NCBI GenBank assembly: GCA_030604635.1
Contig: JAUVVL010000001.1
Span: 1-60,204, forward strand
Reading direction: 5' to 3'
Origin: Desulfobacteraceae bacterium
GTDB lineage: Bacteria; Desulfobacterota; Desulfobacteria; Desulfobacterales; UBA11574
Length of the DNA stretch: 60,204 nt
Below are positions 38,686 through 47,659 of this stretch, in pieces. The notes below the pieces were generated by a model. The model saw only the letters and a program-made list of their open reading frames with translations, ran no database searches and was not told the origin of the DNA. The position numbers and the translations under genes were made by a program. Position 1 is the first letter of the stretch, and every line of letters begins with the position of its first letter.

Positions 38686-38720
38686 TTGATATTTATAAAT
38701 TAAGATTTTATAAATATCAA
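38686..38720 (-). promoter_or_regulatory. Perfect 14-bp inverted repeat TTGATATTTATAAA-N7-TTTATAAATATCAA, 36 nt upstream of the S24 repressor start. Candidate operator.
   Basis: Read directly from the sequence, in an AT-rich promoter-like region. Confidence 0.6.
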
Positions 38721-38868
38721 GTTTTTTTCAAAAGAAAGTACTATTTACATTGAAAATACGATTTTCTTAGGTCTACGTTTTTGGTGTAAAAATTGACGGT
38801 TTGAGGTTTGTAAAGAGTGCTATTTTTCGGTTTTACTTCAGCAAATCAATACGTTAGTTTGATGCGAG

Positions 38869-38997
38869 TTAAAAGACCAGAAAGCGGCACAGCCAGGGAC
38901 TCTGAGCCTGTAGAGCTGCTCGCCACCTAAGCACCGCGCCACTACCCAGTTCGGGACGATATGGAACTTTTAGTTTTGTATCTTTTTTGATTTGCAT
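38869..38997 (-). pseudogene. Degenerate 5' remnant of an SNF2 helicase gene, paralogous to the start of 31231-34023
   Basis: MQIKKDTKLKVPYRPELGSGAVL versus MQIKKDTKVRVTYRPELGTGEVL. DNA similarity extends over ~100 nt by eye. It begins 13 nt after the stop of the 142-aa gene. Confidence 0.8.
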
Positions 38998-39010
38998 TTG
39001 ATAACGCCTA

Positions 39011-39439
39011 TCAACTCGATAGATTAAAGCTGGTAGTGTAAACCGGGAATCCTCTAATTTCCTGTTTTCTGGGAGTGCCAAAAATGAAATCAAGCGGGAA
39101 AGTCTCCCCTCGATATTCCACCCAAAAAGAGTCTCCCTTGACCAGCCTCCCTTTGCAAACGATCTGAACCTCGATTTTTTTCTTTTCAAGATCAGTTGCC
39201 GCGGATTGAAGGACTTTATGGATATCAAGGGCAACGGCGTGTCGCTTTTCCCGTTCCGCTAGATAAAGAACATCATCAATGCCCACAACCATGAAAGAAG
39301 AATACCTTGATAGCCCCTCAGACCCGGCATTAAGTTCCCGAAGAAAATCAAGAAGACCGATCTTTATCTCGTAAGGAGCTATACCATCTTCTCTATAAAG
39401 CTTCAGATATTTTTGTTCCAGGATTTCATAGCCTTTCAT
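39011..39439 (-). CDS. Small hypothetical protein coupled to the DUF1156 methylase
   Basis: 142 aa starting at MKGYEILEQ. Its ATG lies 1 nt after the methylase stop (TGAGATG). Confidence 0.6.
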   Translation of the reverse strand: MKGYEILEQKYLKLYREDGIAPYEIKIGLLDFLRELNAGSEGLSRYSSFMVVGIDDVLYLAEREKRHAVALDIHKVLQSAATDLEKKKIEVQIVCKGRLVKGDSFWVEYRGETFPLDFIFGTPRKQEIRGFPVYTTSFNLSS

Positions 39440-39440
39440 C

Positions 39441-42419
39441 TCAAACCTCAATGATATTGAGTACTTTGTTGATTGGTCCCTGAAAAGTAGGGTTTTTATC
39501 CAGCAGATACTCAAAAGAAACCCGGATATTGGGGATAACAGGCTTAAACTCGTTTAGCCACGGAACCAGGTTTTCGCCTGCCTCGGCAAGACCCATCAGG
39601 TAATGGAGAACATCGACCAGGGCCACGTTATCAAATTTGGCCTCCTCCAATTCAGGAAAAAGCAAGAGCTGGCTCAGGCTTTTAAATTTGCTTTTAAACA
39701 ATTTGGCCAGATCCGTATAGCGTTCATTCGGAAGCTTTACCTCGTAAGTCCTGCCTCGTTTGGCCCGGCCTTTTCTGATAACACCGGCTTTAATAAGAAC
39801 CTCGGGCTCCATAATGCCCCTGGTAGTCTTATGCACTTCATCACTTTTGATCTCTTTCCTGTCACAAAGACAGGTGAGATATATGTAACTTGCCGGATCA
39901 ATATGCTCAAGCTCCGAAGGGAGGGGCTGTTGAGTGGTGACGATCTGCTCCACCATCATCCGTATGGATGTAAGAGCTTCACCAAGAGGTACAACAGCGC
40001 CTTTATAGTCCACGATCATTCCATAATGCCTGCTGTAAAGTTCAAGGCATTTGCCAATGAGGATGATGTTGACGTCGTCCGGAGAAAGTTTTTCTTTGCC
40101 ATATCTTCCGGCCTCTATCATCTCAATTTCTTTACGGGCTTTCTTGCGAATTTCTTCTCTGACCCCGGCCCAGGATCGCTGCCGGGTCTCTGATTGACCA
40201 TTGCGCTTTTTACAGACATGGATAAGATCGTAGGCAATGGACTGTTTTCCCATGAGGTGGAGGGAACTTTCAGATTCTCCGTGTATGGGATATATCGCTT
40301 CAATCACAAAACCCGCATTACAGAGAGAATCCAAAAGGGATTCCCAGGCGCTCCCTTCCCTGTGATGGAAAGTAAACACCATTAAGCCGTCATCTTTCAG
40401 ATTTTCACAGCACCTTCGCCAGGCTTCTGTAAGACCTTCTTGATAGTCTGATGCGGTTTTCCCACGGGTTGGGTTTTCAATAATTTCTTCAGCCTTGGGG
40501 GTGATTTCCGGAGCAAAATGCGGGTATGTTCTTGAAAGAATCAGCCTCAGCCAGACATAGAAGAAATCAGCAAGTTCGGAGTAGTTGACGTTTCCGGCAT
40601 AGGGAGGATCTGTGATTACTAAATCTGCTTTTAAGGGGAACTTCATGTTTTGAGATGTTGTACAGTCAAGTGCACAATTTCTCCGAGTGCCCTGAATTTT
40701 TTCTTGTGAATTTTCAAAAACACTCTTATTGCCTATGATCTTTCGGTCAAATGGTTTTAAGTTATAATTTTTTCCTCTAATGATAGCATCAAACAAGGAA
40801 ATAAATGTTCCCATTCCTATTGAAGTTCCCCAAACGTTACTTTCACATATCGTTGCCTTGGGTTGAAAATCATGCCGAGCAAAAATCTGTCTAATACAAT
40901 CTCGTTGCCAAATATAGGTACAAAAGTCACTCATATTATTCAAAAGATTATAAAACCCGCTCAACAACATCTCCTTCAAAACTTGGTTCTCTTCTTCCCC
41001 AATAGCCGCAAGCAGCGTACTCAGGCACAACAACTGCCTGGAGTTGAACATCTGATGCCAATATGCATAGTGATGCTCTAACAACCTATGCGTTTCTTGT
41101 CCGTCTGGAATTTCACTCTTCGGATAAGGCAGCCTGTCCTTTTCCTCTCCCCACCTCCTCTCTGCATTCTGATATTTTTTGAGATCAGCAGGTGTGATCC
41201 TTTTGAAGAATTTGCCTCTGTTATTATGGATATTGCATTGATGTGCTATTATTTTCTTATGTTTCAAAAGGTCTCCATGTATATCCAATTCTTCTTTATC
41301 CCCCGCGCATTCCGCACAATAACCCTCTACAGCATAAGGCCTGGTTGGAAGGAGTTGATTCTCGGGAAGCTTTCGGATGGAATTAATAATCTTATCCTTG
41401 GTCCCGCAGGAAGGGCAAATAAAAGCGCCTTTTCCTGTATTTCCCTGTAAAGGCTTGCAGCTTTTTGAACAAACAGGACAAGACACCTCTTCCGGCAATG
41501 TTCCACGATACTGCCAGACAGCATAGCAGTGGGGGCACAATAAAATTGTTAGAGGAACCTTTTTCCTCGCCTTTTTTAAATTGTCTGGATTTGAACCATG
41601 CAAATTGTTGGTTTGCGCACACCAGGGACACTTGACGCTATATTCGATCGAATTATACGGCGCCCAACGCCTGTTGTTTCTTTCCTTTCCGACCGCATCC
41701 CTTGCATTATTTATCATCATGGATTTTTCGGCGACTAAAGATGCCATATCCATATCCAGATCGAATGTTTTTTTGCATTTGACGCATTGATAATCCGGCA
41801 AATAGCGGACGGAGGGGGACTTTTTGGCAATAATGTAATTTGGAAACAAAGGAACTTCTTTAAGGCAGGTAGGGTTCGTACAGATAGCCGACTTGACCCA
41901 GAAAGTATATATGATATCAGCTTGTTCGCGACCTGCCCCGCAACAGGGACATTCGGTTTTGTAATGACCGAGAAGTTCTTCCTTCAAAGGCTTTCCACTT
42001 GAAGTGGTCCTCACCTCCAGCCTCTTGAATGCGGCCTTTAGCTCATCTATATCTACCGGCTCCACTTCGGTCTTTACAATGAACCACGCCACGGGGCTGA
42101 GATCGATGCCGGTGACGTGACAACCCAAACGAAGGGCCTCCACTATGGTGGTTCCTCCGCCCATAAACGGGTCCAATATCCTGACTCCGTTGGTATCGGG
42201 ATCATTGGTGTGATCCTTGTAAAACTCAGTCATTATATCTGTTCCGGCAGGTTTCATGGCGGCCAGCAGAATTGCTCGAAATACGCACGAAGCCCTGCGC
42301 GCAAACCATTTGTGCATCTTGTAAATAGGTTTAAAGGCGTTTCTTTCCGGTATGGCAAGCCGGTTGATCTCGACAACCGGGAAACTTTCTTCAATAGCCT
42401 TTCTAATGCTGTTTTCCAT
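39441..42419 (-). CDS. DUF1156-type adenine-specific DNA methyltransferase with Zn-ribbon insertions (PglXI-like)
   Basis: 992 aa. The N-terminus FPVVEINRLAIPERNAFKPIYKMHKWFARRASCVFRAILLA is DUF1156-like. DPFMGGGTTIVEA (motif I), multiple CxxC pairs, and VITDPPYAGNVNY (motif IV). Confidence 0.85.
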   Translation of the reverse strand: MENSIRKAIEESFPVVEINRLAIPERNAFKPIYKMHKWFARRASCVFRAILLAAMKPAGTDIMTEFYKDHTNDPDTNGVRILDPFMGGGTTIVEALRLGCHVTGIDLSPVAWFIVKTEVEPVDIDELKAAFKRLEVRTTSSGKPLKEELLGHYKTECPCCGAGREQADIIYTFWVKSAICTNPTCLKEVPLFPNYIIAKKSPSVRYLPDYQCVKCKKTFDLDMDMASLVAEKSMMINNARDAVGKERNNRRWAPYNSIEYSVKCPWCAQTNNLHGSNPDNLKKARKKVPLTILLCPHCYAVWQYRGTLPEEVSCPVCSKSCKPLQGNTGKGAFICPSCGTKDKIINSIRKLPENQLLPTRPYAVEGYCAECAGDKEELDIHGDLLKHKKIIAHQCNIHNNRGKFFKRITPADLKKYQNAERRWGEEKDRLPYPKSEIPDGQETHRLLEHHYAYWHQMFNSRQLLCLSTLLAAIGEEENQVLKEMLLSGFYNLLNNMSDFCTYIWQRDCIRQIFARHDFQPKATICESNVWGTSIGMGTFISLFDAIIRGKNYNLKPFDRKIIGNKSVFENSQEKIQGTRRNCALDCTTSQNMKFPLKADLVITDPPYAGNVNYSELADFFYVWLRLILSRTYPHFAPEITPKAEEIIENPTRGKTASDYQEGLTEAWRRCCENLKDDGLMVFTFHHREGSAWESLLDSLCNAGFVIEAIYPIHGESESSLHLMGKQSIAYDLIHVCKKRNGQSETRQRSWAGVREEIRKKARKEIEMIEAGRYGKEKLSPDDVNIILIGKCLELYSRHYGMIVDYKGAVVPLGEALTSIRMMVEQIVTTQQPLPSELEHIDPASYIYLTCLCDRKEIKSDEVHKTTRGIMEPEVLIKAGVIRKGRAKRGRTYEVKLPNERYTDLAKLFKSKFKSLSQLLLFPELEEAKFDNVALVDVLHYLMGLAEAGENLVPWLNEFKPVIPNIRVSFEYLLDKNPTFQGPINKVLNIIEV

Positions 42420-43399
42420 TATTGATTTACCTTAAGTTCGATCCAGGGCGTTATCATTTCCATCAATGACAGCCCGCCATGCCTGTAAAGTCTGCTTGCC
42501 GCTTCGCCGGATGATCTTGTTCTTACCCGGCCTTTGACCATGGCTAGATTTTGCGATTGGACTATAAAAATATCATCACTTGCAGGTGTGTCTGGTTTTT
42601 CTTCCAATGGAACATTCCGGTCGTTTCCAAAATAGGCGTTTAAAGTCTTCATTTCAGATGGGCTTCGGGGAAAATCCATCCCTGTTCCGAAAAAAATGTA
42701 TCCATGGTCGCTTGTGATAATGATCTTCTCTTTTCCTTTTATGGACTGGACAGTATTGATCCAAGCTGTTTCAAAAAGAGCATGGATATTCTCAAAGTGG
42801 CCCTCAAATTTGGCTCCGCTGTCTTTGTACGTTACATCCGGGAATGAAGACCATACAAGCAGCGGGGAATTTTGATACTCCCCTGAAATGGGGTGGGTAA
42901 TATTCTTGCTGTAGATCGTGACAATTCCTTTTTCTTTGAGCTCTTTTCTGGTTTCAAGCTGAGACGGCGCAATATGACCACAGGGGAGTTCCCGGTGGAT
43001 AAAATCGATGGTTTCGCTGGGTATGGCGGCCTGCGATGCACCTGTCAAAGAAACGGGAAGCCCTGATTTATCTGCAAGGGTCAAAATCATCGGCACTTCT
43101 CTGATGGACAGCCCGTCGAAAACAACTACCGCAGTATCAGGATCGGAGAGCGCTTCCAGCAGATTTCCTGAGGTGTCCGGGGTAGAAAGAAGCTCCCCAT
43201 AAATCCTGTCAGCGGCTGACGCGACTAACATTTCAAAACGATTAACCTTTTCCTCTCCACCTCGAAGGAATTCGATTGGGCTTAAGTTGCGATAACGCTC
43301 AGGGCTCCATACCTCTTCCAGCAGCCACTCTATTATCCAAGCCAGACGAGGGCCTGATTCGATCAACCTGTTGAAAAGGGCCTGGTCCAGGGTATCCAT
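42419..43399 (-). CDS. Compact PglZ-domain (alkaline-phosphatase superfamily) protein
   Basis: 326 aa. VVVFDGLSIRE, IPSET, IITSDHGY and YRHGGLSLMEMITP. Its stop overlaps the methylase start (TAATG). Confidence 0.75.
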   Translation of the reverse strand: MDTLDQALFNRLIESGPRLAWIIEWLLEEVWSPERYRNLSPIEFLRGGEEKVNRFEMLVASAADRIYGELLSTPDTSGNLLEALSDPDTAVVVFDGLSIREVPMILTLADKSGLPVSLTGASQAAIPSETIDFIHRELPCGHIAPSQLETRKELKEKGIVTIYSKNITHPISGEYQNSPLLVWSSFPDVTYKDSGAKFEGHFENIHALFETAWINTVQSIKGKEKIIITSDHGYIFFGTGMDFPRSPSEMKTLNAYFGNDRNVPLEEKPDTPASDDIFIVQSQNLAMVKGRVRTRSSGEAASRLYRHGGLSLMEMITPWIELKVNQ

Positions 43400-43402
43400 T
43401 TT

Positions 43403-46063
43403 TCACCTCTTTGCCTGTTTTAAGACTTCCACTTCCAGGTCCACAGAAAAATCGGCATCATTAATGACCGGAAGTGATTCAATCTGCTGCTCAATCTGTG
43501 ATTTCGAGAATGTTCCGGTCTTTGAGATGACAATTTCTGCCGTAATATCACCCTCACCGCTGAGAGATCCCCTAATACCAGAAGAAATGGTGCTGAGATC
43601 GCCGATATTGGTTTTTTGCAGGAATATTTTGTAAGTAACTTTGGTAATGATCCCCTCCTCGCAGTCCTGGAGCCTGAAAGCTGTCTCTTGCCTGAGATTT
43701 ACGATACTGTTCTGAGGGGGTATTTTAATAGGCAGAATCTCCTTTTCCGGGCATTCACAAGGATCTTTTCCGCAGTTGGAACAGACCGCAGGAGGTGTCG
43801 GACATTGGCAGGGGAATTCTCCACAAACCGGACATTTCTGAGGCGGTTTTGGGCATTGGCAGGGGAATTCCCCACATTTGGAACATGGCTCCGGTTTTGA
43901 TGGTTCTTCAAAAGGATCGGTCACTTTGGCATTGAATAGTTCGGTTTCATTCAGAGTAGGGCTGACATGGCAAAAGTTTCCCGCGCTATGCTGAATGCCG
44001 ATAACACCCTCCTTGCAAAGATTGCGTATGGCACTTGAAACGGCTCTTACAATCAGGGGAACAGGAAAACCGAGGGTAGCCCGATATTCGGCGTCTATCT
44101 CCTTGACCAAAAGATTCTTTATCTGGTCGAGCCTACCCTCGAGATGTTCCTTGAAGCGCAACATCGGGAAATAGTCCTGATTTAGCTTTTCCAAAACTTT
44201 ATCTTTTGAAAGATCTCCGGGAAGAGGTTCAAGCTCCACCTGGTCTTCAGCGACTGAACTTCCATACTTTTCCCAGCTTACAAAGACCAGACCGGCCTTC
44301 TTGATCCTTTCGATGATATACCTTTTATCCGTACCGGCAATGCGATGATAATCGTTTCGCCGAGCCGTATTTTTCGTACTTTCCGCCAGGTCCTTCGCTG
44401 CAAGAAGTCGTTTAGCCCACTTGAGCAAGTCCTTATCGTTTGCGATTTGAAATCTATCATCCTTTGGTTCCAAAAGAAGAATCATGTTTCTGACATCCAT
44501 TCCATAATAAATCTGATGCCTTTCCTCTCGAGTGAGCCTTCGACCTGTTAAAACATAGCGGAGGCGGGATTTATCGAACTGTTTTAATAATTCCTGGGCT
44601 TGTTCTATTGAATCGAAAATAACCGTATTTACAGCTTCCCTGAATATGTCCGCCTTCAGAATCACATATAATTCCTCGCGGGCCTGCGCATCCGAATATT
44701 GAAGGGATTTGAATTCTACTTTTGCTTCGGAATTTTCTTCCAGGTCAAAATAGTAGCGGCCTTCCTGGTGATGAAAGTAGGAGGCGTACTTTTGAAAGCC
44801 CATCAATGTTTGTTCAATGTCATTGATATCCGTTGAAGGCGATAAAATATCCCGGACGAGATTTTCCCTGGCAACACCGGTATCGGCTCCAACACCGGTC
44901 AATGTATAAAGAAGAACGGCAGGCGCCAGCTGGCGGGCTAGTGGCGTTCTGGGAATAAGATCTTCCATGTTCTCTTTGGCACGGTTGATCAGGTCACCGC
45001 TCAAGTCAAGATCTTTCAACATAATCGCAGTGGCCTTATCCTCAAGGGAAACATCACCAGGTGTTATGATATCATTTCCGGTATGGGTTAATCTGATCAG
45101 GTTGCCGAGAAAGGCTAAAGCGCCACGTACGTTTTGAAAACCTCCCCTTGCCGGTATTTTTTTGAGGATAATCTCCATGAGAGATGGCGAGAAAGGATAA
45201 GTATCGTTGAATTTGGCTTTGAGCTCTTCCTGGTCAACCGGCGCATGCCTGTTCCACAATTGGATGTAACTCCCAAGCACCGGCAAAATAGAAGCTCTGT
45301 CAAACTGTTTATAGTTTTCAAAAAGCCTGTGCAAAATAATGTGGCTCTGGTCTTTGGCGTTATCAAATTGAACCACGCATCGAGGAACACGTTTCAGGGT
45401 ACTGCCCGGTTCTTGCTGAGTGCTGTATATACTCGCAAATAGGGTTACCTGTCTTGAACGGTTACTAAATTCAGAAAGCATCTGAAGAAAGGCTATATTC
45501 TGGGCTTGTAGTGCGGGATCACCAATGACCTTGATGCCTTGCTCCAGCTCATCGAAGATCAGGATGATCTTTTTATCTCCAAGGGCTTTCTCAAATTCAG
45601 ACAATTTCGGATGAGTCTTGCCCTTCTTAACCTCTGTTCCAAGTGCCTCGAATATCATATTCCAGATGGAATCATGAGGATCATCGGTGAACTTATTGAT
45701 TAGCACAACAGCATCCTGGAAAATCTCACATGATAATCCATTTTCATTGAGCCATCCCTGAGCAACCTGGGGGTGTTTAAACAAATGGTAAATCATCAAA
45801 AGCAGGTGGGATTTACCACTGCCTTTGAGGCCCTCGAAAAGAAAAAGCCCGGAAGAATCCCTTGAAGATGAAAAACGAACATTGATTTCATACAGGACCT
45901 TTTTGACATCCGAAGTAGGGTAAGTAAGTTGGAAAAAATCATCCGGGCGAGCCTCGATTTTGGTTCTGGATTCATCTTTCAAGTTCGCCAGATCGATAAT
46001 TCCTTCAATTCCCTCTTCAGAAATCGCCTCTTGCCGTGGTTTCAGAAATGCGGAGTAGCCCAT
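43403..46063 (-). CDS. DUF499-type P-loop ATPase (BrxC/PglY-like)
   Basis: 886 aa. Walker A GLKGSGKSHLLL and Walker B ILIFDELEQG. Three tandem CxxCG(E/K)(F/D)PC(Q/E)CP units sit near the C-terminus. Confidence 0.75.
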   Translation of the reverse strand: MGYSAFLKPRQEAISEEGIEGIIDLANLKDESRTKIEARPDDFFQLTYPTSDVKKVLYEINVRFSSSRDSSGLFLFEGLKGSGKSHLLLMIYHLFKHPQVAQGWLNENGLSCEIFQDAVVLINKFTDDPHDSIWNMIFEALGTEVKKGKTHPKLSEFEKALGDKKIILIFDELEQGIKVIGDPALQAQNIAFLQMLSEFSNRSRQVTLFASIYSTQQEPGSTLKRVPRCVVQFDNAKDQSHIILHRLFENYKQFDRASILPVLGSYIQLWNRHAPVDQEELKAKFNDTYPFSPSLMEIILKKIPARGGFQNVRGALAFLGNLIRLTHTGNDIITPGDVSLEDKATAIMLKDLDLSGDLINRAKENMEDLIPRTPLARQLAPAVLLYTLTGVGADTGVARENLVRDILSPSTDINDIEQTLMGFQKYASYFHHQEGRYYFDLEENSEAKVEFKSLQYSDAQAREELYVILKADIFREAVNTVIFDSIEQAQELLKQFDKSRLRYVLTGRRLTREERHQIYYGMDVRNMILLLEPKDDRFQIANDKDLLKWAKRLLAAKDLAESTKNTARRNDYHRIAGTDKRYIIERIKKAGLVFVSWEKYGSSVAEDQVELEPLPGDLSKDKVLEKLNQDYFPMLRFKEHLEGRLDQIKNLLVKEIDAEYRATLGFPVPLIVRAVSSAIRNLCKEGVIGIQHSAGNFCHVSPTLNETELFNAKVTDPFEEPSKPEPCSKCGEFPCQCPKPPQKCPVCGEFPCQCPTPPAVCSNCGKDPCECPEKEILPIKIPPQNSIVNLRQETAFRLQDCEEGIITKVTYKIFLQKTNIGDLSTISSGIRGSLSGEGDITAEIVISKTGTFSKSQIEQQIESLPVINDADFSVDLEVEVLKQAKR

Positions 46064-46114
46064 TGAAAGCCTTTCACAAAAAATAAAAATTGATATTTTG
46101 GACAGGATTATCTG

Positions 46115-46158
46115 GATTATAATTATAATATTAAAGCATAGATAGCGATTTTATGTCA
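46115..46158 (-). promoter_or_regulatory. Candidate promoter of the DUF499 operon (TTGACA-N18-TTTAAT on the minus strand), with a perfect 14-bp palindrome ATTATAATTATAAT abutting the -10 and covering the expected transcription start
   Basis: -35 at 46153-46158 and -10 at 46129-46134 (reverse-complement coordinates). Palindrome at 46115-46128. Confidence 0.4.
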
Positions 46159-46289
46159 ATTTTTTTGTATTGAACATTAAAATGCATGAAAGAGTTTTGT
46201 CATCAGCTCCGGAGGTGGTGTTTGAGACCTTGAAAAAGGCAATAACATGTACACTGTTCCCTATTTTCCCCTGGCATCATTTGTATTCT

Positions 46290-46560
46290 GTGTTGCACTA
46301 CGCAGGTTTTGCCTCCAGCCGTTTCCGCGCCAATTCAACCGCTTTGTGAAGCTTTTGCTCCAGCAGTACACGTTTCGGTAGCCGGCGTTAACCGAAACGG
46401 CGACATTATTCCTGGCAGTTTCAATGAGCCAGCGGATATCACCGGTAAGATCGCCGGAAATGGACTTATTGTTTTTTTGTAATCCGCATCTTTTTTGAGT
46501 TTTCTTAAGAGGCTGGAAATATCCATAGCGCTTCCACGGGGGCTTTCGGAGACCACATAG
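46290..46560 (-). pseudogene. Mosaic remnant: a wHTH-gene fragment plus an internally deleted DUF1016 (YhcG-like PDDEXK) piece
   Basis: Different frames read MDISSLLRKLKK, GDIRWLIETARNNVAVSVNAG and LPKRVLLEQKLHKAVELARKRLEA. No continuous frame exists. Confidence 0.4.
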
Positions 46561-46561
46561 A

Positions 46562-47659
46562 CTAACTGGCTATTGACTTGAGACGAAACTTGCGCGTTAA
46601 ATCATTGTGCCATTTGTGTTGAATGTGTCCATCGCGTTGCAGCCTGCCAACAACAATGCCCGGGCAGATGTCAATGGATTGTGCAAAGGCGACAATGTCG
46701 CCTTTATAAAATTGCCTCTTTGCCACGAAAGTCTTGTATTTACTTTCAGGTATTAATTTGTTTGCCGCAAATCTATTTGCTGCTTCCTCAGCCTCGTTTG
46801 TGCCCATATCGACTTCATCGATAAATACACTGGTTTTTCCGTGAAGGATTATGTGACCTGCTTCATGAAAAAAAGTAAGCCAGAAATGGTCATCTCTCTT
46901 ATAGCGGAGGCTGAGCATGATCAACGCTTTATCCGGGCCGAGCCATCGCGTTACGCCGCTCAGACGGGTCTTTGGAAGTTCGGGAATAAATACAAGTGCA
47001 ACGCCGGAATTTCGACAGAGCTCTTTCATACGTGGCTCAAAAACCTCCGGGTCTTCCCCGGTAAGGAATCGTATCTCCTGCAATGCATTTTTAAATGTGT
47101 TCTTGTCGAACGGAGATGTTTTAATATTTTCCGCTTCAATTTCACCGATCCGGAGCCATGCCGACACCGATTCTTTTGAGCTTGTAAAGGTTGGTGATTT
47201 TCTGTATGAAACAGCAATGCGCTGAAACTGGGCCTTCCAGGCCTCTACGCTCGCAACGCCAAAGAAATCCAGAAGTTCTTCAACTTTTTCGGCAAGGGTT
47301 TGTCGTCTGCGAATAAAGCCTCTTTTCGCAAGCTCCGTCAGGGGAAATTTCTTTGCCCATTCTTTTTTGTTCTCAAGCATTCGCCGGTCGGCAATTTTAG
47401 CAACATGCAGCCGATAATATGCGTTAAGATTATTCCATATATTTGCAGATACGCCCAAAACCCGCTCGAAGTGAATAGCGGTTTCAGGGGTAACCGGAGC
47501 TTTTCCATGGATGATTTGGCTGACTGTCTTTAAGGATAGGCCGGTGCGTTCGGCAAACGCAGTCCTTGTTATCCCTCGGGCTTCAAGAGTCTCTTCTAAA
47601 ATCTTCCCCGGATGAATGGCGTAGTCGGGAGTATATTGATTCAGGGTTGTCGCGGCCAT
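46562..47659 (-). CDS. higA: HigA-type antitoxin: XRE HTH fused to an ImmA/IrrE metallopeptidase domain
   Basis: 365 aa. ERTGLSLKTVSQIIHGKAPVT (HTH) and FFHEAGHIILHG (HExxH). Confidence 0.8.
   Translation of the reverse strand: MAATTLNQYTPDYAIHPGKILEETLEARGITRTAFAERTGLSLKTVSQIIHGKAPVTPETAIHFERVLGVSANIWNNLNAYYRLHVAKIADRRMLENKKEWAKKFPLTELAKRGFIRRRQTLAEKVEELLDFFGVASVEAWKAQFQRIAVSYRKSPTFTSSKESVSAWLRIGEIEAENIKTSPFDKNTFKNALQEIRFLTGEDPEVFEPRMKELCRNSGVALVFIPELPKTRLSGVTRWLGPDKALIMLSLRYKRDDHFWLTFFHEAGHIILHGKTSVFIDEVDMGTNEAEEAANRFAANKLIPESKYKTFVAKRQFYKGDIVAFAQSIDICPGIVVGRLQRDGHIQHKWHNDLTRKFRLKSIAS

Noticed and set aside
38869-39234. 121-aa ORF overlapping the 142-aa gene
   Set aside because: Only its last ~42 codons, the SNF2 5' remnant, are meaningful. 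The upstream part runs out of frame over the well-coupled 142-aa gene.
46335-46556. 73-aa ORF between the DUF499 operon and higA
   Set aside because: Its reading frame stitches together pieces that make sense only in different frames (a wHTH fragment plus DUF1016 N- and C-terminal bits). I treat it as a remnant mosaic.
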